Below are positions 21,133-31,466 of a stretch of DNA of 64,000 nucleotides, piece after piece. The notes under the pieces were generated by a model, which was given only the letters and a program-made list of their open reading frames with translations, searched no databases and was not told the DNA's origin. Every line of letters starts with the position of its first letter. The first letter of the stretch is position 1. The stretch is from Nitrospirota bacterium. Its GTDB lineage: Bacteria > Nitrospirota > UBA9217. The stretch lies in NCBI GenBank assembly GCA_963754875.1, contig CAVWHO010000013.1, positions 160,001-224,000 on the forward strand, written 5' to 3'. A program made the position numbers and the translations under genes.

Positions 21133-21220
21133 GGTTAAACCCCTTACTTATCCGCAAGAAAAGTGCTAAAAAAAGCATGGATGATTCGTTTTTCCCCTGT
21201 CCTGGCGCTTCGTAGTAATG

Positions 21221-21592
21221 TTATAAGCTCTTCGCGATTACTTCGCCAAACTTTAGTGCAATAAAACTGACGAAGACGCTTAACGTCACATTTAGCCCTG
21301 CGATCAACCACTCGCCGTCTTTGAGGAGCGCCCCTGTTTCATACTCAAAGGTGGAAAAGGTCGTGTAAGCACCAAGGAACCCGACAACCAGGAGCAGCCG
21401 CCACTGCGGATTCACCATGAAACGCTCCGTTAAGATGGTCATGAGCAGGCCGATAAGAAAGCTGCCGGTGACGTTAATGATGAACGTGCCGAGCGGAAAG
21501 CTCCGGCCCCAACGTTCACCGATCCAGAACGCCACACTGTACCTGACGATGGCCCCGATGAACCCGCCGATGCCTATGATGAGATAATTCAT
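21221..21592 (-). CDS. crcB: Fluoride efflux channel Fluc/CrcB
   Basis: GGFIGAIVRY, FPLGTFIIN, GFLGAYTTFSTF; start at MNYLI. Confidence 0.95.
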   Translation of the reverse strand: MNYLIIGIGGFIGAIVRYSVAFWIGERWGRSFPLGTFIINVTGSFLIGLLMTILTERFMVNPQWRLLLVVGFLGAYTTFSTFEYETGALLKDGEWLIAGLNVTLSVFVSFIALKFGEVIAKSL

Positions 21593-21769
21593 CGCCTCAG
21601 AACTCCGCGCATACTTTAGCAAATGTAAATTTATTTCGCAATAAAAAATCATCCCAAAACAGTCCCGGCCATATGATCTTCATCATAGAAAAATCTATTA
21701 ATCAGGAGTAAAAAAGGTGTATAATTACTTCGTCATCAAGGCGAGTCTACGGATTAAAAGGAGAATATC

Positions 21770-21997
21770 ATGATAAAGGAAAAAGTTGAAGAAGCCCTCA
21801 AACAGGTACGTCCATCACTCCAGAGGGACGGCGGCGATATCGAACTCGTGAGCGTTGATGAGACGGGGACCGTAAAAGTGCGGCTGAAAGGCGCTTGCGG
21901 ATCCTGCCCCATGTCAACGATGACGCTCAAGATGGGTGTCGAGAAACACTTGAAGGAACAGATCCCGGAGGTCAAGGAAGTCGTCCAGGTAGCGTAA
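21770..21997 (+). CDS. NifU/NfuA C-terminal-domain Fe-S carrier protein
   Basis: [26 protein letters not shown]. Confidence 0.93.
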   Translation: MIKEKVEEALKQVRPSLQRDGGDIELVSVDETGTVKVRLKGACGSCPMSTMTLKMGVEKHLKEQIPEVKEVVQVA

Positions 21998-22016
21998 CGA
22001 GGTTTCCGGTCTTTTT

Positions 22017-22070
22017 TATGACAGGATTTCAGGTAAAGAGCACCTCGTTCTTTCGTGAAATCCTGTCATA
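22017..22070. repeat. 15-bp perfect inverted repeat (terminator-like, or GACAGGAT variant of family D)
   Basis: TATGACAGGATTTCA (22017-22031) / TGAAATCCTGTCATA (22056-22070), then CTTTTTT. Confidence 0.65.
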
Positions 22071-22352
22071 CTTTTTTCAGGACATGATGCAGGACGAGGC
22101 GGACGCAATCCGTATCAGCCCGTCTTTCACAATTGGGGCAGGATAGCGTTTTTTTTCGTCACGAGGGATTGGGAATTTGAAGTCCCGTTTTTTTCAATCC
22201 TTTTCCCGCTTATACTATCCGTTTCCCTCACGTCGTATCCTTTTCCAGAGCCAACTCATGGAGAGATAATTTCAGACGGCCATTTGCTGCACCGGTGTTG
22301 CAGAATGTAACAAAATAAGAAGGATTTCCAGCAGTTCTCAGGAAAAATTCCC

Positions 22353-22381
22353 TTGACACATCGGCGCCATTCTGTTATAAA
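22353..22381 (+). promoter_or_regulatory. Putative sigma70 promoter of the rnf operon
   Basis: TTGACA-17 nt-TATAAA with TG extension. Confidence 0.65.
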
Positions 22382-22451
22382 CGGTGCGGCTTTTTATATT
22401 CTTCAAGTCGTAAACTCCAAATGTTCATTCATACTATGGCAGGTGAGACTG

Positions 22452-23786
22452 ATGGAAGCCACAACCGTAAAAGCTCATGATACATTCAGCGGAGGTGTGC
22501 ACCCTGCTGATAATAAACAGCTTACTGCACACAAGCAGACCGTCGCCGCAGCAATCCCCCAGAGAGCAGTCATTCCCCTCAGCCAGCATATCGGCGCCCC
22601 CACCAAATCACTTGTTGTCATTGGGCAGGAAGTAAAAAAAGGAGAAAAGATCGGTGAAACCACCGGCTTTGTCTCGGCCCCCGTTCATGCTTCGATCTCG
22701 GGCAAGGTCGTTGCCATCGGCAACTTTCCCCATGTACTCGGTGCGAACATGCCCGGCGTCGTCATCGAGAACGACGGCAAAGATGAGTGGGTCGGCGGGC
22801 TGAAGGAAAATCCCGAGTATCTGCTGCTGAGCGCCGATGAACTGAAGAAGCTCGTTCAGGATGCCGGCATTGTGGGAATGGGCGGGGCAACGTTTCCCAC
22901 CCATGTCAAGCTTTCCCCTCCCAAGGAGAAGCCGATCGACGTCGTGATCCTGAATGGCGCCGAGTGCGAACCCTATCTCACGTCGGACCACCGGCTCATG
23001 CTGGAGAAATCCAAGGAAATCGTCGAGGGCCTCAAGATCCTCATGCGGATCCTGAACGTGAGCAAGGGATACATCGGCATCGAATCCAACAAGCCCGACG
23101 CCATCGAGGCCATGACCAAAGCCGCGGCCGATTCTCCCGAGGTCAAAGTCTGGCCGGTCAAGGTCAAGTACCCGCAGGGCGCCGAAAAGATGCTCATCAA
23201 GGCCATCGCCGGCAGGACGGTGCCCGCAGGCGGGTTGCCGATGGATGTCCGCGTTGTGGTCCAGAACGTCGGCACCGCCGAAGCCATCTACACCGCCGTG
23301 CGCTACGGTAAGCCGCTGATCGAGCGTTATGTGACCGTAACCGGCAGGGGCGTAAAGGAGCCGAAGAACTTTCTCGCCCGCATCGGTACGCCGTTCTCAC
23401 AGCTCATCGAAGAGGCAGGCGGTCTTACCGACACGGCAGCCAAGGTGATCTCCGGCGGCCCCATGATGGGCATGAGTCAGTATACGCTCGATGTGCCGGT
23501 GATCAAAGGCACGTCCGGCATCACGGTCCTTCCGAAAAACGAAGTATATACGAAACCCTACGGCCCGTGTATTCGCTGCGGCAGATGCATCGACGCCTGT
23601 CCCATGAAGCTCCAACCCTCCTACATCGGACTCTACATCGAGAAAGGACATTACGAAGACGCGAAGAGCTACAATCTGATGGACTGCTTTGAGTGCGGTT
23701 CCTGCACCTTCGTCTGCCCCGCCAACCGGCCCATGGTCCAGTGGGTGAAAAAAGCCAAGAAGGAACTGGCAAAAAAGAAAATTTAA
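22452..23786 (+). CDS. rnfC: Rnf electron transport complex subunit C
   Basis: FSGGVHP, QHIGAP, GMGGATFPT, NGAECEPY, CIRCGRC and CFECGSC; start ATG 22452. Confidence 0.96.
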   Translation: MEATTVKAHDTFSGGVHPADNKQLTAHKQTVAAAIPQRAVIPLSQHIGAPTKSLVVIGQEVKKGEKIGETTGFVSAPVHASISGKVVAIGNFPHVLGANMPGVVIENDGKDEWVGGLKENPEYLLLSADELKKLVQDAGIVGMGGATFPTHVKLSPPKEKPIDVVILNGAECEPYLTSDHRLMLEKSKEIVEGLKILMRILNVSKGYIGIESNKPDAIEAMTKAAADSPEVKVWPVKVKYPQGAEKMLIKAIAGRTVPAGGLPMDVRVVVQNVGTAEAIYTAVRYGKPLIERYVTVTGRGVKEPKNFLARIGTPFSQLIEEAGGLTDTAAKVISGGPMMGMSQYTLDVPVIKGTSGITVLPKNEVYTKPYGPCIRCGRCIDACPMKLQPSYIGLYIEKGHYEDAKSYNLMDCFECGSCTFVCPANRPMVQWVKKAKKELAKKKI

Positions 23787-23790
23787 TTAA

Positions 23791-23863
23791 TAATATGGAG
23801 CAAGCCGACCGTGTCGGCGTCATCAACGGCAACACGGTTGCCTTGGTCCAAAGGAACGAGGTT
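23791..23863 (+). repeat. Family E double-hairpin repeat, copy 2
   Basis: TGGAGCAAG-GCCGAC/GTCGGC hairpin-GGCAAC/GTTGCC hairpin-CTTGGTCCA-AAGGAACGAGG. Confidence 0.92.
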
Positions 23864-23869
23864 ACTCTG

Positions 23870-24901
23870 ATGGAAGCACCTGCAAAGGCAATACCGAAAG
23901 AACTGCCTAAACTGATCGTATCGATTGGTCCCCACATGCACGATGTGGAGAGCACGGCGAAGATCATGTGGACCGTGAGCGGCGCGCTGCTTCCGGCCAC
24001 GCTCATGTCGGTCTACTACTTCGGCATGCCGGCGATCATGGTGATTCTCGTTTGTCTCGTAACGTCTCTCCTGGCCGAGGCCGGGATGCAGTGGCTGCTC
24101 AAAAAGCCCGTTACGCTCTCAGACGGGAGCGCGTTCCTGACGGGCCTGCTCCTGGCAATGAACCTTCCTGCCAATGCGCCGCTCTACATTCCTTTCGTCG
24201 GGTCCATTGTGGCGATCATGATTGCCAAGCACCTCTTCGGAGGTCTCGGCTACAACATCTTTAACCCTGCACTTGTCGGACGCGCCTTTGTCCTGGTCAG
24301 CTTCGCGAAAATCATGACCACCTTTGTTGCCCCGGCCACGACATTCATGGCACTCGATGCCAAGACCACGGCCACGCCCCTCGTGCTCCTCAAAGAGGAA
24401 GGCGTGGCGAAGCTCCTCGAAATTTACCATACCAAGGCCGCCCTGTACCAGGACCTGTTCGTCGGGAACCGGGCCGGTTCGCTCGGAGAAACATCGGTCG
24501 TCGCCCTGTTGCTCGGCGCTGCATTCCTGATGATGAAGCGATACATCACCTGGCATGTGCCTATTCCGTTCATCGCCACCGTCGGCGTCCTCACCTGGAT
24601 TTTTGGCGGCAAGGACGGCCTCATGACCGGCGATCCGATCCTCCACATGATGTCCGGCGGACTCATCCTCGGGGCATTCTTCATGGCTACGGACTACGTG
24701 ACCGGACCTTCAGTCCGGAGCGCCCAGGTGGTCTTCGGAATCTGCGCCGGGATCCTTACGACGCTCATACGACTGAAAGGCGGCTACCCGGAGGGCGTGA
24801 TGTTCGCGATCCTTCTCATGAACTGCTTCGCGCCTCTCCTTGACCGGGGCATGAGGAGTCCCGTCTTCGGCAAAGCCGAGGCCAAGGGGGTAAAGAAATG
24901 A
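23870..24901 (+). CDS. rnfD: Rnf electron transport complex subunit D
   Basis: FGGLGYNIFNPA, TTATPL FMN site, GSLGETS, FFMATD, YPEGV; alternative start 23795 lies inside the repeat. Confidence 0.95.
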   Translation: MEAPAKAIPKELPKLIVSIGPHMHDVESTAKIMWTVSGALLPATLMSVYYFGMPAIMVILVCLVTSLLAEAGMQWLLKKPVTLSDGSAFLTGLLLAMNLPANAPLYIPFVGSIVAIMIAKHLFGGLGYNIFNPALVGRAFVLVSFAKIMTTFVAPATTFMALDAKTTATPLVLLKEEGVAKLLEIYHTKAALYQDLFVGNRAGSLGETSVVALLLGAAFLMMKRYITWHVPIPFIATVGVLTWIFGGKDGLMTGDPILHMMSGGLILGAFFMATDYVTGPSVRSAQVVFGICAGILTTLIRLKGGYPEGVMFAILLMNCFAPLLDRGMRSPVFGKAEAKGVKK

Positions 24902-25485
24902 AGGATATACTGAAGATAACCCTGCCTCTTGTGGCTATTTTCGTCGTTGCGGGCATCATCATGAGCGTGACCTACCAGTATACCTATCCCGTCCGGTTCC
25001 AAGCTGAGAAAAAGGAAAAGGAAGAGGCGTTGAAAGAGATGGCGCCCGATGCGACCGATCCCATTAAGCCGGCAGGCACGTGGACCGCTAACAACAAACC
25101 CTACGAGTATTATCAGGCGACGGCGAGCGGAAAATCGGTAGCTTTTATCGCCGAGACCGCGGGCAAGGGATATTCCAGCTACATCAAGATGCTCGTTTCA
25201 CTCAGTCCCGACATGAAAATCAGGGACGTAAAGGTCCTGGATATGAACGAGACTCCCGGCCTCGGTGACCAGGTCCTCGAAAAGAGCTTCCTCGACCAGT
25301 TCAAGGGCAAGGCCCTTTCCCAGATCGTCCTGATCAAAGGAGAGACCAAGGAAAACATCCAGGCCGTGTCCGGCGCCACGTATTCGAGCCGCGGCGTGAC
25401 GAACGGCGTGAAGGACGCCGTGCAACTGCTCGTCGATAAGTACGGTGCGGGCATAAAGACTGCGGCGCAGGAGGTGGCGAAATGA
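24898..25485 (+). CDS. rnfG: Rnf electron transport complex subunit G
   Basis: N-terminal TM helix, ETPGLG, SGATYSS flavinylation motif. Confidence 0.93.
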   Translation: MKDILKITLPLVAIFVVAGIIMSVTYQYTYPVRFQAEKKEKEEALKEMAPDATDPIKPAGTWTANNKPYEYYQATASGKSVAFIAETAGKGYSSYIKMLVSLSPDMKIRDVKVLDMNETPGLGDQVLEKSFLDQFKGKALSQIVLIKGETKENIQAVSGATYSSRGVTNGVKDAVQLLVDKYGAGIKTAAQEVAK

Positions 25486-26111
25486 GCAATAACGTCAATT
25501 TAGGGACGCTGTTCAAAAATGGCATCTTCGGCGAAAATCCGGTCTTCCGGCTTGCGCTCTCTCTCTGCCCGGCCGTGGCCGTTACGAGCGGCGTGAAAAA
25601 CGGGTTTCTGATGGGCGTCGCGGTCCTGTTCGTCATGACCATGACGAACGTAACGGTTTCCCTCCTGCGAAACTTTATCAACCCGAAAGTCCGCATTCCC
25701 TCCTATGTGTTCATCACCGCAACGTGGGTCACGGTGATCGATCAGGTGATGTCGGCGTACCAGCGGGCGGTCTACAAGGAAATGGGCCTCTATATCATGC
25801 TTATCGTCGCCTTTGCCATCATTCTTTCCCGGGCAGAGATGTTTGCGAGCAAGAACAAGCTCCTTCCGTCCTTCGTTGACGGGGTAGGGATGGGGCTGGG
25901 CTTTCTCCTTGCCCTGATGCTTCTCGGCGTATTTAGGGAATTTTTAGGCAAGGGATCGTTCTGGGGCGCCCAGATACTGCCGGCAAAACCGCTGCTCATC
26001 ATGATCATGCCGACAGGCGGTTTTTTTGCCATGGGGCTCATGATGGGTTGGCTTAACTGGATAGATCGGAAGTTCTTCGGCGGCTCGGGGGCAAGCAGCG
26101 GAGGACATTAG
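25482..26111 (+). CDS. rnfE: Rnf electron transport complex subunit E
   Basis: ENPVF..LCPAVAVT, VRIP, RAEMFASK, DGVGMGLGF. Confidence 0.94.
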   Translation: MSNNVNLGTLFKNGIFGENPVFRLALSLCPAVAVTSGVKNGFLMGVAVLFVMTMTNVTVSLLRNFINPKVRIPSYVFITATWVTVIDQVMSAYQRAVYKEMGLYIMLIVAFAIILSRAEMFASKNKLLPSFVDGVGMGLGFLLALMLLGVFREFLGKGSFWGAQILPAKPLLIMIMPTGGFFAMGLMMGWLNWIDRKFFGGSGASSGGH

Positions 26112-26182
26112 GATTGTCGATGGATGAACGATGATTGGCGATTGAACACAATCATCAATCAACGATCAACAATCATCAATCG
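26112..26182. repeat. Heptamer-period inverted element (GATTGTC/CAATCAT variant of family C)
   Basis: GATTGTCGATGGATGAACGATGATTGGCGATTG / CAATCATCAATCAACGATCAACAATCATCAATC. Confidence 0.7.
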
Positions 26183-26200
26183 TTTCACCCGGAGGGTTCT

Positions 26201-26785
26201 ATGTGGCAGCATGTTCTAACCATTTTTATCGCATCTGCGCTCATTAACAATTTCGTGTTTTCCCGCTACCTCGGTCTCTGCATCTTTTTCGGCGTTACGA
26301 AGAAAATGGAGACGGCGGTGGGAATGAGCTTTACTTTTACAGCCGTCATGCTCATTCAGGCGGTTCTCAACTGGGTTATCTATACCTATGTTATGGTCCC
26401 TTACAGCCTGGGATTCCTGAAGATCGTGATCTTCATCGGGACGGTTGCCGCTTTTGTGCAGGCGGCAGACACAATCATGAAGAAGGTCGCTCCCGCGCTG
26501 TATTATAAGCTGGGCATTTACCTCGCGTTGATCGTGACGAACTGCGTCATCCTGGCCGTTCCGCTTTTGAACGCCGATGAAAATTACAGCCTCTTCGAGA
26601 GCATGGCGCTGGCGCTCGGGTCCGGTCTCGGTTTCAGCCTGGCGCTCATCATCATGGCTAGCATCCGGGAGAAGCTGGAGCTTGCAGATGTGCCCAAGTC
26701 GTTCCAGGGGCTCCCGATCTCGTTCGTGCTGACGGGATTGATTGCCCTGGCGTTTTTGGGATTCTCGGGAATGATTACGCTTTAA
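26201..26785 (+). CDS. rnfA: Rnf electron transport complex subunit A
   Basis: NNFVFSRYLGLC, LGIYLALIVTNC, AFLGFSG; start ATG 26201 after GGAGG. Confidence 0.95.
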   Translation: MWQHVLTIFIASALINNFVFSRYLGLCIFFGVTKKMETAVGMSFTFTAVMLIQAVLNWVIYTYVMVPYSLGFLKIVIFIGTVAAFVQAADTIMKKVAPALYYKLGIYLALIVTNCVILAVPLLNADENYSLFESMALALGSGLGFSLALIIMASIREKLELADVPKSFQGLPISFVLTGLIALAFLGFSGMITL

Positions 26786-26786
26786 C

Positions 26787-26842
26787 AAGTTCAAAATTCA
26801 ACAGCCTTGTCTTTTGAACTTTGAATCTTAAATTTTAAATTA
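26787..26842. repeat. Heptamer-period inverted element, family C
   Basis: AAGTTCAAAATTCAA ... TTTTGAACTTTGAATCTTAAATTTTAAATT. Confidence 0.65.
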
Positions 26843-26861
26843 CCCGTTAAGGGGAATAGCC

Positions 26862-28022
26862 ATGTATGAACAAATAACGCATATTCTGATGCAGGTCATC
26901 ACCCATACCTTCTCTATTCTCACGAACAGGCTGGCGCCGCTCGTCGACGCAGGCGTTTCACCGGAGGCAACAGGGGTCGTCCCCACGTCTACGGTTTACA
27001 TAACGCTGATCGTGCTGGCGGGGCTCGGCATCGTGTTCGGCGTGGCTCTTGCCCTTGTCGCCGCCCGCTTCGTGGTGAAAGTAGATCCGAAAGTCGAACA
27101 GGTCCGCGAGACCCTGCCCGGCGCAAACTGCGGGGCCTGCGGGTTCGCGGGCTGCATGGGATATGCCGAGGCGGTCGTGGGCAATCCCGACGTGGCAGTG
27201 CATATGTGCGCCCCTGGTAAAGCCCCGGTCGCGGAAAAGATCGCGGTGATAACGGGCAAAAAGGCCGAGAAGGTGGAACCGAAGATCGCCCGTGTCTTTT
27301 GCCAGGGCGGGACATCGCTCAGCCAGCGGAAGTTCATCTATAGCGGCGTGCACGACTGCACCGCGGCAGTGCTCGCTGCTGGCGGAGACAAATCCTGCGA
27401 GTACGGATGCCTGGGATTAGGGACCTGCATGCGGGCCTGTCCTTTTGGTGCGATCACGATGAGCGCCGACAACCTCCCTCTCATCAATCCCGATAAGTGT
27501 ACGGCCTGCGGAAAGTGCGTGGCCGCCTGTCCCAAACAGGTCATCGAGCTTGCCCAGACTTCCAAGGCCGTGGTCATCAGCTGCCACAGCAGGGACAAGG
27601 GCGTCGACGTCAAGAAAAAATGCCAAGTCGGCTGCATCGCCTGCGGCATCTGCGTCAGGACCTGTCCGGTGGACGCCATCAAGATCGACAACAACCTTGC
27701 GCGCATCGACCACAGCAAGTGCATCGTCTGCGGCCTCTGCGTCAAGAAATGCCCCACCAATGCCATTTTCGATTATATTCCGGTCCGGCCGAAAGCATAC
27801 ATCGATCCTGCGAAGTGCGTCGGCATCGACGTGTGCGAGAAGGTCTGCCCCGTGAATGCAATCTCGGGCGAGATCCGGTCCGTGCATGTCGTCAACCAGG
27901 AGAAGTGCATCGGCTGCAGGATGTGCGAGTCCCGGTGCCCGAAAAAAGCGATCACCATGGTGGAAGCCGGTGCCGGTGCTGCGCAGAAAAAAGCAAAGGC
28001 GGAGGAACCTGTCGCAGTATAA
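26862..28022 (+). CDS. rnfB: Rnf electron transport complex subunit B (polyferredoxin type)
   Basis: LPGANCGACGFAGC plus six further ferredoxin-type motifs ending in CP. Confidence 0.93.
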   Translation: MYEQITHILMQVITHTFSILTNRLAPLVDAGVSPEATGVVPTSTVYITLIVLAGLGIVFGVALALVAARFVVKVDPKVEQVRETLPGANCGACGFAGCMGYAEAVVGNPDVAVHMCAPGKAPVAEKIAVITGKKAEKVEPKIARVFCQGGTSLSQRKFIYSGVHDCTAAVLAAGGDKSCEYGCLGLGTCMRACPFGAITMSADNLPLINPDKCTACGKCVAACPKQVIELAQTSKAVVISCHSRDKGVDVKKKCQVGCIACGICVRTCPVDAIKIDNNLARIDHSKCIVCGLCVKKCPTNAIFDYIPVRPKAYIDPAKCVGIDVCEKVCPVNAISGEIRSVHVVNQEKCIGCRMCESRCPKKAITMVEAGAGAAQKKAKAEEPVAV

Positions 28023-28046
28023 GCGAACTGGATGTTTGAGAAACTG

Positions 28047-28078
28047 AAGGGGATGCGAGAAAACGCATCCCCTTTTTT
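28047..28078 (+). terminator. Intrinsic terminator after rnfB
   Basis: AAGGGGATGCG-AGAAAA-CGCATCCCCTTTTTT. Confidence 0.85.
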
Positions 28079-28282
28079 GTCACTGAGAAATTTTTTTCCG
28101 TTGCGGAGATTCCTCCATCCCCTGAAAGTCGTGTTATAATATCCCTATTCGCCATCGTCAAAGATCATGTCTCCGATGCCAGAAGGTGAACAATGCCGAC
28201 ATTTTTTTGCTTGACAAAATAGTGCGCTTGGGCTAAAAACAGACTCATTCTCATCACGTTCTCATTTTGGAGGTAGGTATCC

Positions 28283-28672
28283 ATGAATCCCGATGATATA
28301 AAATATCACAGAGAACATGCCTGGGTCCGGGCGGAAGGAAAGCGGGCGACCATCGGCATTACCGACTATGCCCAGCAGCAGATGGGTGATATTGTATATA
28401 TCGATCTTCCGGAAACCGACACGGAAATCGATGCAGACTCGGAGCTTTCCGAAGTCGAGTCTACGAAGGCGACTTCGCCCGTTGTCAGCCCGGTGTCGGG
28501 TACGGTCGTGGAAGTGAATGAGGACCTCGCGGACTCGCCGGAGATAATCAACGAAGACCCCTATGGAAACGGCTGGCTCGTTGTGCTCGAAATGAGCGAT
28601 GCCTCCGAGTTGAACGACCTGATGAGCAAGTCGGAGTACGAAAAATTCCTGAAAGAAGAAGAGGGGAAGTAA
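28283..28672 (+). CDS. gcvH: Glycine cleavage system H protein / lipoyl carrier
   Basis: HAWV, IGITDYAQ, VESTKA lipoyl-lysine, INEDPYGNGW. Confidence 0.95.
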   Translation: MNPDDIKYHREHAWVRAEGKRATIGITDYAQQQMGDIVYIDLPETDTEIDADSELSEVESTKATSPVVSPVSGTVVEVNEDLADSPEIINEDPYGNGWLVVLEMSDASELNDLMSKSEYEKFLKEEEGK

Positions 28673-28713
28673 ACTTCGGGAGGAACGGTAGTCATAGCCA
28701 GTGTCAAGAACGC

Positions 28714-28743
28714 AAAGGGAGAGTACATACTCTCCCTTTTTTT
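28714..28743 (+). terminator. Intrinsic terminator after gcvH
   Basis: AAAGGGAGAGTA-CA-TACTCTCCCTTTTTTT. Confidence 0.8.
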
Positions 28744-28798
28744 CGCGCGAAAATAGTTTTAGCAAAGTGATCGCGGAGAAATAAAAAAGTTACAAAAC

Positions 28799-28931
28799 TG
28801 ATGGTTTGTAAAAAGCCGTCATTCCCGCTTGTCGGGAATCGTCGTGCCACATAACGAACGGGAAGAGGAAGGATCCCGGACAAGCCGGGATGACACCATA
28901 GAGGCCAGTCTTTACTTTTACGAGTTCCTCA
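28799..28931. repeat. MITE-like element with terminal IRs enclosing a family B REPIN
   Basis: Outer TGATGGTTTGTAAAAAG / CTTTTACGAGTTCCTCA; inner GTCATTCCCGCTTGTCGGGAATC ... GATCCCGGACAAGCCGGGATGAC. Confidence 0.75.
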
Positions 28932-29052
28932 AACGGTGGACGGGAAAATGACCTTATTCTGCATCTGTGATCTCCCGAAACAGTGTCGCAAGCGCTTCTG
29001 AATGTTCCAGGTGTCTCCTGCCGTAAAACTTTCACTAACTAAGGAGCCTGTC

Positions 29053-30454
29053 ATGTCAATAAAACTTACCATCATCGGCGCAGGCCCGGGGGGCTACGTG
29101 GCCGCAATACGTGCTGCACAGAAGGGCGCACAGGTTACCGTAGTCGAGTCCGGGGAAGTGGGTGGCACCTGTCTGAACCTGGGTTGCATTCCCACGAAGA
29201 CGCTCGTTTCTTCGGCTGAAGCGCTCGAACATGCGCGGCGTGCTGCTGATTTCGGGATCGAAGTTCCTGGAGAAATCGGCTACAATCTCGCGAAGGTCCG
29301 CGAACGCAAGGACAAGGTCGTATCGATACAGGTGAAGGGCATCAAGGGGCTGTTCAAGAGCTGGGGCGTCAGCCTCATCGAAGGCCGCGGGTCGCTGCTC
29401 TCTCCCGACGTGGTGCGTGTAGTGCAGAAAGACGGCATCACGATGGATATTAAATCCGATAAAGTCATCATTGCTACCGGTTCGCGCCCTGCGCTCCTGC
29501 CCGGTTTCCCATTCGACGGAGAAAGCGTCCTCACCAGCGATGATGCGGTCATGTTCAAGAGAATTCCGGCAAGGCTGCTCATCGTCGGCGCAGGCGTGAT
29601 CGGCTCGGAATTTTCTTTCATCTACCGTGCCTTCGGTGCAGAGGTGACGATGGTTGAAATGATGCCGCACGCGATCTCTACCGAAGACGAGGAAATGTCC
29701 GAAATCCTGGAACGGGAACTGAAAAAAGCCAAGATCAAGCTTGTTCCTAATGCAAAGGTCGAAAAGGTCGAGAAGGGGACTGACGGCGTTCTCACGGTAA
29801 AACTTTCGAACGGCCAGGAGCTCGGCGTCGACATGATCCTGGTGTCCATCGGCCGCAGCATGAACTCAGACGGCCTTTACCTCGAAGACATCGGCGTGAC
29901 CCGGGGAAAACGCGGCGAGATCATCGTCGACGAAAAAATGGAGACTAATGTTCCGGGCGTGTATGCCATCGGTGACGTTACCGGCAAGATCATGCTAGCC
30001 CACGTAGCTTCCCATCAGGGCCTGGTAGCCGTGGAAAATGCCCTCGGCGGTCATGAGAGGATGGATTACTCCGTGGTTCCGTCGTGCATTTTTACGATGC
30101 CTGAGATCGGCAGTGTCGGTATGCGGGAGAAAACCGTCTTGGAGAAGGGCATGAAGTACCGGGTAGGCCGGTTCCACTACCGTGCACTCGGCAAAGCCCA
30201 TGCAATGGGTGAAATCAGCCGGCATGATCAAGATCCTTGCCGATGAGGCCACTGACAAAGTGCTGGGTGTGCATATCTGCGGGGCCCATGCAACTGACAT
30301 GATCCATGAAGGCGCGCTTGCCATTCAAGTGGGCGCGACGGCAGCGCAACTGGGGCGCATGATCCATGCGCACCCCACACTTGCCGAGGGAATCATGGAA
30401 GCCGCGGAGAGCGTGCACGGGATGGCGATTCACGTACCGAAATCAGAGAAGTAA
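29053..30454 (+). CDS. lpdA: Dihydrolipoyl dehydrogenase (one +1 frameshift near 30220)
   Basis: GAGPGGY, GGTCLNLGCIPTK, LAHVA; C-terminal HAHPTLAE in the next frame. Confidence 0.92.
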
Positions 30455-30627
30455 GGATCCAGCTCATCGTCTGTCGGCTGCGGACCAGCGGGGCGCAGAG
30501 GTGACGAGGGGCTTTCTGCGCGCTCTTTCGCCCGGCGTCAGGCAGCGGAGACCACGCGTTCACGATACGAATCGGAAGTTGAAACGAGAGGCCGCAGTTT
30601 TTCCATTTTTTCGAAGGGGGGGAGTGC

Positions 30628-31452
30628 GTGAAGCAATTATCTGCCGTTGGACACTATGGCCGGCTCATTGCGATTTTCGCGGCCCTGCTGTATTCGCTCA
30701 CCGCATTCTGCCCCGCGGCATTTGCCGGTGAGATGGATGTTTATCTCAAGGTCGATAACTATAGGTGGAGCGAATATCAAAATGGCTTACGCCTCCTCCA
30801 AGAGTCAGGGATTCTTGTCGGCCCGGGCTTTTCGTATTGGAAAGAGTTTTCGAACCATATGACGTTGAAGCCCCTCGCAGAGCTCTTTGTGGGTAATGTG
30901 GACTACAACGGAGCTACTCAGAACGGGAGTCCGGTAAAGACCAAGGTGATGTATGCCGGAGTGAAGATGCAGTGCGATGCAGGCAGAAAGTTTGGCGTTG
31001 GGGAAACGTCCTACATCGAGCCGTTTGGTGGGCTTGGTATCCGCTCGTGGTCCAGGGACCTCCAGGACAGCACTACATCGTCCGGCAACGCTGCAGCGGG
31101 GTACACGGAGGTTTGGATAAACGCATATGCCCGTTTCGGCGTACGGGGCGGAGTACCTGTCTCCGAAGAGACGCGGCTTTTCGCCGAAGGAGGAGTGAAA
31201 CTGCCTTTTTACAACAAAAACAGCGTGTATTTCAACAGCGGGAATAACAACCCGGACTTTACCTTGTATCCCGGCCTGCAGTCTTCGTTGTTCGGCGAAG
31301 CGGGCGTGACGCTCCATCATTTCAAGGCATCAGTGTTCTATGACGGCCTGCGGTTCTCACGATCCCCCAACGTGAATACCTCGATCGGATCTGTCTACCA
31401 GCCGAGGTCTTCTGCAGACTTGCTGGGCGTGAAACTCGGCGCCTCGTTTTGA
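30628..31452 (+). CDS. Outer-membrane beta-barrel protein
   Basis: Signal peptide (AFA), alternating aromatic/Gly strands, C-terminal Phe (LGASF). Confidence 0.75.
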   Translation: MKQLSAVGHYGRLIAIFAALLYSLTAFCPAAFAGEMDVYLKVDNYRWSEYQNGLRLLQESGILVGPGFSYWKEFSNHMTLKPLAELFVGNVDYNGATQNGSPVKTKVMYAGVKMQCDAGRKFGVGETSYIEPFGGLGIRSWSRDLQDSTTSSGNAAAGYTEVWINAYARFGVRGGVPVSEETRLFAEGGVKLPFYNKNSVYFNSGNNNPDFTLYPGLQSSLFGEAGVTLHHFKASVFYDGLRFSRSPNVNTSIGSVYQPRSSADLLGVKLGASF

Positions 31453-31466
31453 CAGAGAAGAAGCAT

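Noticed and set aside
21593..21700. Fluoride riboswitch upstream of crcB
   Set aside because: GGCGATG here is just the RBS/start context; the downstream conserved elements of the aptamer are not visible.
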